DNA of 57,657 nt from positions 1 to 57,657 of the forward strand of contig PFAC01000005.1 in assembly GCA_002773835.1 (NCBI GenBank), in the 5' to 3' direction. Shown here piece by piece: positions 47,664-56,068 of the stretch. The stretch is from Chlamydiae bacterium CG10_big_fil_rev_8_21_14_0_10_35_9 (GTDB lineage Bacteria > Chlamydiota > Chlamydiia > Chlamydiales > SM23-39). A program made the translations under genes and the position numbers. Below the pieces are notes generated by a model. The model made no database searches. It was not told the origin of the DNA and saw only the letters and a list, made by a program, of their open reading frames with translations. How positions within the stretch are numbered: position 1 is the first letter of the stretch; each line of letters opens with the position of its first letter.

Positions 47664-48660
47664 TCCAACTTCTACTATTTTAGTAACTGGCGGTTCAGGA
47701 TTTATGGGCTCCAGCTTTATACGCTATCTTTTAGGTAGCTCTTTTTTTACTGGGAAAATAGTAAATGTCGACAAGCTTACTTATGCAGGGAATAAGGAAA
47801 ATCTAAAGCTGGTAGAAAACAACCCTCAGTATGCATTTTTCCAAGAAGATATATGCAATCAAGGTAGAATAGAAGAAATTTGTCAGAAAGAAAATGTTAA
47901 TGTTATTGTTCATTTTGCTGCTGAAACGCATGTAGATAATAGTATTCATGACCCAAAAGGGTTTGTTCAAACAAACATCTGTGGGACATTTCACCTTCTA
48001 GAAGTTGTAAGAAAATATCCATCCATTCATTTTCATCAAATTTCTACGGACGAAGTCTTTGGTGATCTTCCTTTAGAGGGGAAATTTAAAGAAGAATCTC
48101 CTTACCTTCCCAATTCGCCTTATTCCGCAAGTAAGGCAGGAGCAGATCATTTAGTTAGAGCCTACTACAAAACATATGGATTAAAAGTAACTGTTTCTCA
48201 TTCCTGCAATAACTATGGGCCTTATCAATTTCCTGAAAAGTTTATCCCAGTTGTTATCGAAAGGTGTTTAAATAACCAACCTATTCCCATTTATGGCGAT
48301 GGTTCTAATATTAGGGAATGGATATTTGTAGAAGATCATGCAGAAGCTGTTTGGCGAATTTTAGAAAGAGGAACATTAGGGAATACTTATAATATTGGTT
48401 CGGGCTGTGAGTATACAAATCTAGAAGTAGTTCGTCATATAATAAATATTATGGCAAACATATTAGAAGTTCCTTCAAAAAAACTTAGCTCGCTTATGCA
48501 ATTTGTTCCGGATAGAAAAGGACATGACTTTCGCTATTCTTTGGACAGTACTAAAATAAAACAGTTGAGCTGGCAAGCTAAGACTTCTTTTTTAGAGGGG
48601 CTGCAAACAACTGCAGAATGGTATCTACAAAAATTTCTAGCTTTCAGCCTTAAAGCCTAA
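47650..48660 (+). CDS. rmlB: dTDP-glucose 4,6-dehydratase
   Basis: DKLTYAGN, FAAETHVD.SI, ISTDEVFG, PYSASKA, NNYGPYQFPEK, DR.GHD.RY. Confidence 0.95.
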   Translation: MSIVNPTSTILVTGGSGFMGSSFIRYLLGSSFFTGKIVNVDKLTYAGNKENLKLVENNPQYAFFQEDICNQGRIEEICQKENVNVIVHFAAETHVDNSIHDPKGFVQTNICGTFHLLEVVRKYPSIHFHQISTDEVFGDLPLEGKFKEESPYLPNSPYSASKAGADHLVRAYYKTYGLKVTVSHSCNNYGPYQFPEKFIPVVIERCLNNQPIPIYGDGSNIREWIFVEDHAEAVWRILERGTLGNTYNIGSGCEYTNLEVVRHIINIMANILEVPSKKLSSLMQFVPDRKGHDFRYSLDSTKIKQLSWQAKTSFLEGLQTTAEWYLQKFLAFSLKA

Positions 48661-48900
48661 TCCAGGAAAATCTTTATTAAGTTTTTGCGTGTCTTTTTTA
48701 AGCTTATCGATAGTAGTGTTTACTTTTTTCATCATATCCAAAGGCATATGCTTATTTTTTTGGATTTCTTCTGTAATTTCTTTAAGTTCTTTAAGGTCGT
48801 CTCTTATATTTTTTAATTCATCGATGTATTTTGTTCCTTCCTTACCTGTGGGAACCTTTTTCCCAAGGTAAGTGTCCTTATCTTTTTTAGGAAATGCCAT
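48637..48900 (-). CDS. Small Lys-rich hypothetical protein
   Basis: 87-aa ORF with AAGGAG RBS upstream; charged, helical composition. Confidence 0.6.
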   Translation of the reverse strand: MAFPKKDKDTYLGKKVPTGKEGTKYIDELKNIRDDLKELKEITEEIQKNKHMPLDMMKKVNTTIDKLKKDTQKLNKDFPGLGFKAES

Positions 48901-48952
48901 AAAGTGTGCTCCTTTATTATTTGTATGTGATTTTAGCTAACAAAGAATTTAG

Positions 48953-49213
48953 TTAAAGGTCTTTTAAAATTTTATCTGCCATTTTACGAATTTTTTCTGA
49001 AATGCCATCTTGCGGTCTATAATCTTTTTGCATATCTACTTGGGTACAAAAAAGAATAATGTCTTCTTGGATCTTTCTAGAAAATTTTTTAGAAACTCTT
49101 TTTAAAGAGGATATTTTTTTAGCTACTTCATCTACATTATGGTGATTAAGCTCATTTAATACCTCAGATATTGCTTTTATAAGAGATTCTTTTTGAGCTT
49201 TATTTACTGTCAT
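48953..49213 (-). CDS. Small hypothetical protein
   Basis: 86-aa ORF in the same orientation, filling the intergenic space. Confidence 0.55.
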   Translation of the reverse strand: MTVNKAQKESLIKAISEVLNELNHHNVDEVAKKISSLKRVSKKFSRKIQEDIILFCTQVDMQKDYRPQDGISEKIRKMADKILKDL

Positions 49214-49340
49214 ATAATTTCTTTTTTAATTTTAAATTAATCTATTTAATAGATTGATTTAAACTTAAAAAACTACCTTTGACAGACGAACTCTCTTTTT
49301 TGTAGACTTATACCCTTAAAATCTACTTAGAGAACTTAAA

Positions 49341-50777
49341 ATGGATGAAACATCATCTTTTGGAAGAGAAGATTATAAATATGGGTTCGTAACTCCTATA
49401 GAATCAGATACTTTTGATAAGGGGTTAACAACTGAAACTATACGTAAAATATCTAGTAAAAAAAATGAACCTTCCTTTTTGCTGGAATTTCGTTTAAAGG
49501 CTTTTGAAAAATGGAAAGAAATGAAAGAGCCAAAGTGGTCGAATTTGACATATGCGCCTATCAACTATCAAGATATTTCTTATTATTCAGAGCCCAAGTC
49601 AAAGCCTAAGTTAGAGTCATTAAGTGAGGTTGACCCAGAGATACTTAAGACATTTGAAAAGCTGGGGATACCTCTTGAAGAGCAAAAAAGGCTGACTAAT
49701 GTTGCGGTAGATGTAGTTTTTGACTCTGTCTCAATTGGAACAACCTTTCATCAAAAGCTAAAAGATTCTGGCGTTGTTTTATGCTCTATCTCTGAAGCTG
49801 TACAAAAGTATCCAGAGCTTATTGAGAAATATTTAGGATCTGTCGTTCCAATATCAGATAATTTTTTTACAGCTCTTAACTCTGCCGTTTTTACGGATGG
49901 TTCGTTTGTGTATGTGCCAAAAGGGGTAAAGTGTCCTGTTGAACTTTCTACTTACTTTAGAATTAATGAGAAAGAAACAGGACAATTTGAAAGGACTCTT
50001 ATTATAGCAGAAGAAGGATCTTATGTTAGTTATTTAGAAGGGTGTACTGCGCCGGCCTTTGATTCCAATCAACTCCATGCAGCTGTAGTTGAGCTAATAG
50101 CGCATGAAAAGGCTGAGATTAAATATTCCACCGTTCAGAATTGGTATGCAGGAGATCCAGAGACAGGTAAAGGTGGTATTTACAATTTTGTAACAAAAAG
50201 AGGCCTTTGTGAAGGAGCTTTTTCTAAAATTTCTTGGACTCAGGTAGAAGCAGGAGCTGCTATTACCTGGAAATATCCTAGCTGTATTTTAAAAGGGGAT
50301 CACTCAGTAGGAGAATTTTATTCCGTAGCTTTAACGAACGGGAAGATGCAGGCTGACACTGGCACAAAAATGATCCATGTTGGAAAGAATACTAAATCAA
50401 CGATTATTTCCAAGGGGATTTCGGCCGACCAGTCGCACAATAGTTATAGAGGACTTGTCAAAGTCTTACCTAATGCCAAAAATGCCAGAAACTATACTCA
50501 GTGTGACTCTATGTTAGTGAAAAATGAATGCTCGGCAAACACATTTCCCTATATTGATGTAGAAAATGACAGCTCACAGGTGGAGCACGAAGCCTCTACC
50601 TCTAAACTAAGTGATGAACAACTTTTTTACCTTCAGTCTAGGGGAATTTCAAGAGAAGATGCCATTCAGTTAATTGTAAATGGATTTTGCAGTCAGGTTA
50701 TTAAAGAATTGCCACTTGAGTTTGCAACGGAAGCACAAAAATTATTAACTTTAAAGTTGGAAGGATCAGTAGGTTAA
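49341..50777 (+). CDS. sufB: Fe-S cluster assembly scaffold SufB
   Basis: [53 protein letters not shown]. Confidence 0.97.
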   Translation: MDETSSFGREDYKYGFVTPIESDTFDKGLTTETIRKISSKKNEPSFLLEFRLKAFEKWKEMKEPKWSNLTYAPINYQDISYYSEPKSKPKLESLSEVDPEILKTFEKLGIPLEEQKRLTNVAVDVVFDSVSIGTTFHQKLKDSGVVLCSISEAVQKYPELIEKYLGSVVPISDNFFTALNSAVFTDGSFVYVPKGVKCPVELSTYFRINEKETGQFERTLIIAEEGSYVSYLEGCTAPAFDSNQLHAAVVELIAHEKAEIKYSTVQNWYAGDPETGKGGIYNFVTKRGLCEGAFSKISWTQVEAGAAITWKYPSCILKGDHSVGEFYSVALTNGKMQADTGTKMIHVGKNTKSTIISKGISADQSHNSYRGLVKVLPNAKNARNYTQCDSMLVKNECSANTFPYIDVENDSSQVEHEASTSKLSDEQLFYLQSRGISREDAIQLIVNGFCSQVIKELPLEFATEAQKLLTLKLEGSVG

Positions 50778-50779
50778 CT

Positions 50780-51529
50780 ATGTTACACATCAAAAATCTA
50801 ACATCGAATATCGAAGATAAAACCATCTTAGATGGTTTGAATTTCGATGTTAACAAGGGAGAGGTCCATGCGATTATGGGACCTAACGGCGCTGGAAAAT
50901 CAACCCTGGCCAAGGTCTTAGCTGGTTATCCTGCCTATGAATCAAATGGGGAAATATGGTTTAAAGGACAAAATATTTTAGAACTGGAACCAGAAGAAAG
51001 AGCTTACTTAGGTCTTTTTATGGGATTTCAGCATCCTATTGAGATTGCAGGGGTCAGCAATTCCCTTTTTCTTTTTTCTGCCTTAAATGCAAAAAGAAAA
51101 GCAGAAAACAAGCCAGAGTTAAGTAAAGAGGCATTTCAAGGTCTTTTAGATGAAAAAATGGAAATTATGCAAATCAAAAAAGAGTTCCAGGACCGCTCTA
51201 TTAATGAAGGGTTTTCAGGTGGTGAGAAAAAGAGAAATGAGATTTTACAGATGCTCATGCTAAACCCAGATCTTGCTGTCTTAGATGAAACTGATTCGGG
51301 CCTTGATATTGATGCGATGAAAGTAGTTGCTAAGGGAGTTAATCTTATAAGGGCACCTGAAAAAAGCTTGGTTCTCATTACTCACTACCCAAGGCTATTA
51401 GAGTATGTAAAGCCCGATTTTGTCCATGTCATGATGGAGGGAAAAATTGTGCACTCAGGGGATTTTTCTTTAGCGAAACAGTTGGAAGAAAAAGGGTATG
51501 ACTTTTTAATTAGTGAGGCTCATTCATGA
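50780..51529 (+). CDS. sufC: Fe-S assembly ATPase SufC
   Basis: GPNGAGKST, FSGGEKKRNE, LDETDSGLD, ITHY.RLL. Confidence 0.97.
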   Translation: MLHIKNLTSNIEDKTILDGLNFDVNKGEVHAIMGPNGAGKSTLAKVLAGYPAYESNGEIWFKGQNILELEPEERAYLGLFMGFQHPIEIAGVSNSLFLFSALNAKRKAENKPELSKEAFQGLLDEKMEIMQIKKEFQDRSINEGFSGGEKKRNEILQMLMLNPDLAVLDETDSGLDIDAMKVVAKGVNLIRAPEKSLVLITHYPRLLEYVKPDFVHVMMEGKIVHSGDFSLAKQLEEKGYDFLISEAHS

Positions 51530-52767
51530 GCGTGCCTTTTATTCAAGAAGGATTGATTCCCAGTGATCTGCTGCATAGCTTAAGAATTAAAGCGTGGGAT
51601 CGTTTCCAGGAAGTAGGCCTTCCAAGTCGTAAAAATGAATCCTTTAAATATGTACCTTTGGCTAAAATTTATGCTCATGAATTTTCGTTAATTGATAATT
51701 ATTCATTAGATAAGAAAAGTTTTTCGTCTTTTTTACTAGAGGGGCATGATCACTTAGTATTTGTTAATGGAGCGCTCAGGTTAGATTTAAGTAGTTTTTC
51801 ACCTGACTTAGAAATAGTTTCCTTAGATCAGGCAATGAATAGCTTTGCTATGTTTTTACAAAATAGATTAACTAAATCTCTAAAGGAAGATACTGATCCT
51901 TTCAGCCTTTTGAACTTTATATTTCATAAGCAGGGAGCTTTTTTATTTCTACCATCTGGCGTGAGCCCTGAAAAGCCTCTTCAAATAGTAAACCTTACTG
52001 TTGGACTTGAGCCAGGCCCTTTTGTTTCCATGCCGAGAATCCAGGGGGTTATAGGAAAAGGAAGTTCTTTAAATATCACTATCACTTCTCATCACATAGG
52101 AGAGTATGCACACCACTGGTCTATTCCTGTCGTGGACATAGTCCAAGAGGAGAACTCGCACTTAAAAGTAGTAGATATCATTCAAGAGCCAGTAGAAAAT
52201 TGGTATTTCGGATCTTGTCATTATTATTTAAAGAAAAATGCTTCTTTAAAAACAGTAGATTTGGGGTCTGGGACAAAAGTAGCGAGAAGAGACTATCAAA
52301 TAACTTTAGAAGAGCCTTATGCCAATGCTAAAGCATATGGGCTTAATTATCTTACTCAAAAAAGTCAGTCCCATACACATGTCCTGATGAAGCATTTAGC
52401 AGAAAGCTGCACTTCAAGCCAGCTTTTTAAAACAATCTTGGATGATGAAGCAGTGTCTTCTTTCGAAGGAAAAATTTATGTGCATAGCAAAGCGCAAAAA
52501 ACAGAGAGCTATCAACTCAATAAAAACTTAATTTTAAATGAAAAAGCAAAAGCACATTCAAAGCCTAACTTAGAAATTTTTGCTGACGATGTAAAAGCCT
52601 CTCATGGTGCAACAATCGGCCAGCTTTCACGAGAAGATTTGTTTTATATGCAGTCTAGGGGAGTTACTTTGCAGGAAGCTAAAAAGCTTTGTGTGCAAGG
52701 ATTTTTAACTGAAATTCTTGAAGAAGTTGATGTGTTGGCGTTAAAAAAATCTTATCCAGTGATATAG
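51526..52767 (+). CDS. sufD: Fe-S assembly protein SufD
   Basis: P.RKNE.FKY, F.GKIYV...AQKT, P.LEIFADDVKASHGAT, FY..SRG. Confidence 0.95.
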   Translation: MSVPFIQEGLIPSDLLHSLRIKAWDRFQEVGLPSRKNESFKYVPLAKIYAHEFSLIDNYSLDKKSFSSFLLEGHDHLVFVNGALRLDLSSFSPDLEIVSLDQAMNSFAMFLQNRLTKSLKEDTDPFSLLNFIFHKQGAFLFLPSGVSPEKPLQIVNLTVGLEPGPFVSMPRIQGVIGKGSSLNITITSHHIGEYAHHWSIPVVDIVQEENSHLKVVDIIQEPVENWYFGSCHYYLKKNASLKTVDLGSGTKVARRDYQITLEEPYANAKAYGLNYLTQKSQSHTHVLMKHLAESCTSSQLFKTILDDEAVSSFEGKIYVHSKAQKTESYQLNKNLILNEKAKAHSKPNLEIFADDVKASHGATIGQLSREDLFYMQSRGVTLQEAKKLCVQGFLTEILEEVDVLALKKSYPVI

Positions 52768-53967
52768 ATGAAACATTTTAAGTCTGAATTTCCACAAGCA
52801 GATAAAGTTATTTATTTTGATTCTGCGGCAACTACTTTAAAACCTAAAAAAGTAATAGATAAGCTCTATCAGTTTTACCTTAATGAATATGCAACTATTC
52901 ATAGAGGTGCTTATAGTTTATCAGTTGAAGCTTCTGAAAAGTATTATAACACTAGGCAGGCTGTTGCTAAATTTATTAATGCCAATACAGATGAAATTAT
53001 TTTCACAAAAAATACAACGGATGCGATTAATCTAGTTGCTAGATCTTTTGGAAGTCTTTTTCAAGAAAATGACGAGATTATATTAACTGAGCTGGAACAT
53101 CACTCTAATATTGTCCCGTGGCAGATTCTTGCTAAAGAGAAAAAACTCCAGATCAAATACATCCCTGTCAACGATAAGAACGAGCTAATTATAGAAGAAT
53201 TTGAAAAGCTTTTAACCCCTAATACGAAACTTGTTTCTTTAGCCCATATTGCCAATGTAACCGGAACAGTTAATCCTATTGCCAGCATTGTTCAAAAAGC
53301 CCATAACATGAATGCTAAGGTGTTGGTAGATGGAGCTCAGGCAATTGCTCACCTTCCTGTTGACGTTAAAAAGTTAGATGCAGATTTTTACTGTTTTTCA
53401 GCCCATAAGGCATATGGGCCGAATGGAGTGGGAGTTCTTTATGGAAAGTATGAACTTTTAGAAAAAATGCCTCCCGCAGTTTATGGGGGAGATATGATTG
53501 AAAAAGTATCTTTTGAATCTGCCATTTTTCAAAAGCCGCCTTATCGTTTTGAGGCAGGAACCCCTGCTATTGCTGAGATAATTGCCTTTAAAGAATCTAT
53601 TGATTTTTTATCTTCTATTGGCATGGCTAACATCCAAAAACAGGAAAATGACCTTTTTAGTTATCTGCATCAAGAAATGATAAAGATTTCTGATATAGTA
53701 CTTCCAATTGGGATGCCTTCTCAGCAAGCATCCATTATTAGTTTTACACATAATCATTTGCATCCGCTAGATTTAGCTACTTTTTTAGACTTAAAAAAAA
53801 TAGCTATTAGAACTGGAAAGTTATGTGCTGAGCCACTAATGCAAAAATTGAATGTTACCTCTTTGTGTAGAGCATCATTAGGTATTTATAATACTGTTGA
53901 AGATATTGATAACTTTATTCAAGCGATTCAAGAGATAAGTTCAAAACTCAGTTCAATTATCCGGTAA
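52768..53967 (+). CDS. sufS: SufS-type cysteine desulfurase
   Basis: YFDSAATT.KP, IHRG, EHHSN.VPW, DGAQ, SAHK, FEAGTP, R.G..CA. Confidence 0.92.
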   Translation: MKHFKSEFPQADKVIYFDSAATTLKPKKVIDKLYQFYLNEYATIHRGAYSLSVEASEKYYNTRQAVAKFINANTDEIIFTKNTTDAINLVARSFGSLFQENDEIILTELEHHSNIVPWQILAKEKKLQIKYIPVNDKNELIIEEFEKLLTPNTKLVSLAHIANVTGTVNPIASIVQKAHNMNAKVLVDGAQAIAHLPVDVKKLDADFYCFSAHKAYGPNGVGVLYGKYELLEKMPPAVYGGDMIEKVSFESAIFQKPPYRFEAGTPAIAEIIAFKESIDFLSSIGMANIQKQENDLFSYLHQEMIKISDIVLPIGMPSQQASIISFTHNHLHPLDLATFLDLKKIAIRTGKLCAEPLMQKLNVTSLCRASLGIYNTVEDIDNFIQAIQEISSKLSSIIR

Positions 53968-54589
53968 GTCCTGGAAACATTTCTTTTAAAGCGACAGATA
54001 AAGAGTCTAAAGCATTGGATGCTACCACAAGCCCTCCAATTCTAGTAAAGATATTCAACCCCACTCTACCCAATATATTTTCCACCTTGGTAGCAAAGTA
54101 AAGTATAGTTCCCATAAAAAGAGCTACAGCAATGGCTACAAAACTTAAAATGCCATGATTTATTAAGCCAGTATACTGGCTTGCCTCTACTATGATGGCA
54201 CTAATTGCTCCTGGTCCTGCAATTAAAGGAATAGCTAAGGGAGTAATGGCAATAGAGGACTTAGTAATGGCTTCGACTTTTTCTTCAGAAGTTTGTTTAA
54301 GTCGCGTATCTTCTGCTCTTAGCATTGAAAATGCGAGCATTAAAACTACAAGCGCTCCTGCAAATCTAAAAGGAGCTAGTTTAATTCCCAAGATAAGTAG
54401 AACTGGCATGCCTAACCAAGTTGCTCCCACTAAAATGCAGGCTACCGCAAAAGTTGCTATTAAACTTGTTCTTCTCCTTTCTTCGAAAGTGTCAGCAGCA
54501 GTTAATTTTAAAAAAAGAGGTAGAACGGCAAATGGGTTGCAGATCATTAACAGAGCTATGAAATAGTTAACAAACCTTAAAATATTCAT
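53957..54589 (-). CDS. marC: MarC/NAAT family membrane protein
   Basis: NPF..LP.F, PLAIPLIAGPGAI, multiple hydrophobic segments, RI.GL. Confidence 0.9.
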   Translation of the reverse strand: MNILRFVNYFIALLMICNPFAVLPLFLKLTAADTFEERRRTSLIATFAVACILVGATWLGMPVLLILGIKLAPFRFAGALVVLMLAFSMLRAEDTRLKQTSEEKVEAITKSSIAITPLAIPLIAGPGAISAIIVEASQYTGLINHGILSFVAIAVALFMGTILYFATKVENILGRVGLNIFTRIGGLVVASNALDSLSVALKEMFPGLTG

Positions 54590-54666
54590 AAACTTTAGAT
54601 GTAAAATATTTTTTAATAGAAAACAATTCCCTTTTGAGAAAATTCACCTATTAAGAGTTAAAAACT

Positions 54667-55947
54667 CTAAGCTTTATTTAATAAAGACGCAAGATCTCTT
54701 TCAATAGAAGCCTCAAATAAAGAATCAAATACACCTTGAGAGCCTTCTTGGAATTTTTCAAGGGTACTTCTGATATTTTCAATCCAACTAAGCCTATCTT
54801 CATCACGCTCAATAAGTTTTAGAGGAGGGAGCTGTTTTTCTATTTCCTCATCAGAAAGATCAGGATTGCTTTGAATAGCTCGAATAATAATAGAGGTGCT
54901 TTGCCATGTGTGAAAATATCTATTCATATAAGCATTATTTTTAGCTGTATTACTTTTTTTCTTAAAAAATTTGGAAACATCGGAGACAGCTTTTCTTATA
55001 TTTTTTTCTGACAAAAATTCAAGTGGAGAAAAATACTTTAATAGTTTAGCCCCAGAAAGACTTTTTAAGTGCTGGAAAATGTCCTTTAGCGCTTTTTGAG
55101 TTAAAAGTTTGATAAGAAGAGTTTCATGCAAGCTCTTGTTAAAACTAGAGATTTTTTGGAATTCCTGATTAGAAAGATCCTCAGATAAAAGCTGCTTAAT
55201 TTCTTGGCTAGTTGCTTGTTGCAAAAATGTTCTAGCAGATTCTAGAGCCTCTTTTCTAATTGTTTCTGTAATATTATGCATATCTCGATCTTTTTTGATT
55301 ACACGATCCATAACTTTATTATGGAGTTCTAATGTTATTGTTTTTGAGGAGTAGTCTTTTTTTTTGGTTGAAGACATCGTAAGTACAAATTCGTCAATCA
55401 AATCTTCTCGCATTTGAGCCAAAAATTCCCGTATTTTTACCCTTGCAGAAAAACGCATCGCAGCTCGACATCGCAGTAACTGTGAAGGAGTTAGATAAAG
55501 GTTTGCCTCAAGATAGCTTCTAAGTTTAGCGATCTCTTGATTTTGTATATCTGATATGAATGAAATGGCTTCCTCTTTCGAAAAATAATGAAGGTTTTCT
55601 TTAACTTGCATGTAAACTTTTTCTGCTGAAGTCCCCATAGGAAGTCGTTTATACATATCAAATAAAAGAGTACTTTCAGGTTTTCGATCTTGAAAATATT
55701 TAATTTTTTTCACAACAAATGGAAGTAGTTCATCAATGCTCATTGCTTCATAAGAAATTCTTTCGTTTACAAGTATTTGTTTAACATCAAGGCATGAACT
55801 AACAGGAAGCTCAGGGTGCTGTTTTAAAATGGTTGTTGTTAATTTATAAATTTTTGCGTCATTTGGATCAGTAAGCATAGCCAATGAAGGATTTACTTGA
55901 ACCACAGTAACGCCAATTGGACGCACATAAAACGGGGTAGGTGTCAT
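54667..55947 (-). CDS. Hypothetical helical protein containing one or more copies of an unrecognised repeat
   Basis: 426-aa ORF; LPMGTSAEKVY...SKEEAISFI segment shared with the neighbouring gene. Confidence 0.75.
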   Translation of the reverse strand: MTPTPFYVRPIGVTVVQVNPSLAMLTDPNDAKIYKLTTTILKQHPELPVSSCLDVKQILVNERISYEAMSIDELLPFVVKKIKYFQDRKPESTLLFDMYKRLPMGTSAEKVYMQVKENLHYFSKEEAISFISDIQNQEIAKLRSYLEANLYLTPSQLLRCRAAMRFSARVKIREFLAQMREDLIDEFVLTMSSTKKKDYSSKTITLELHNKVMDRVIKKDRDMHNITETIRKEALESARTFLQQATSQEIKQLLSEDLSNQEFQKISSFNKSLHETLLIKLLTQKALKDIFQHLKSLSGAKLLKYFSPLEFLSEKNIRKAVSDVSKFFKKKSNTAKNNAYMNRYFHTWQSTSIIIRAIQSNPDLSDEEIEKQLPPLKLIERDEDRLSWIENIRSTLEKFQEGSQGVFDSLFEASIERDLASLLNKA

Positions 55948-56030
55948 AATGTTAAGCCGTTAATATTTTAAGTTGTTAAGATAAATAGTAATAATTCCTA
56001 CCGAGAAAAGATAGAAAAAGGGAGTAAAGT

Positions 56031-56052
56031 GAAACCCCATTTAAGGGGTTTC
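56031..56052 (-). terminator. Probable terminator hairpin
   Basis: GAAACCCC-N6-GGGGTTTC just downstream of the stop at 56069; T-rich tail on the minus strand. Confidence 0.55.
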
Positions 56053-56068
56053 TAAAATATTTTGCATT

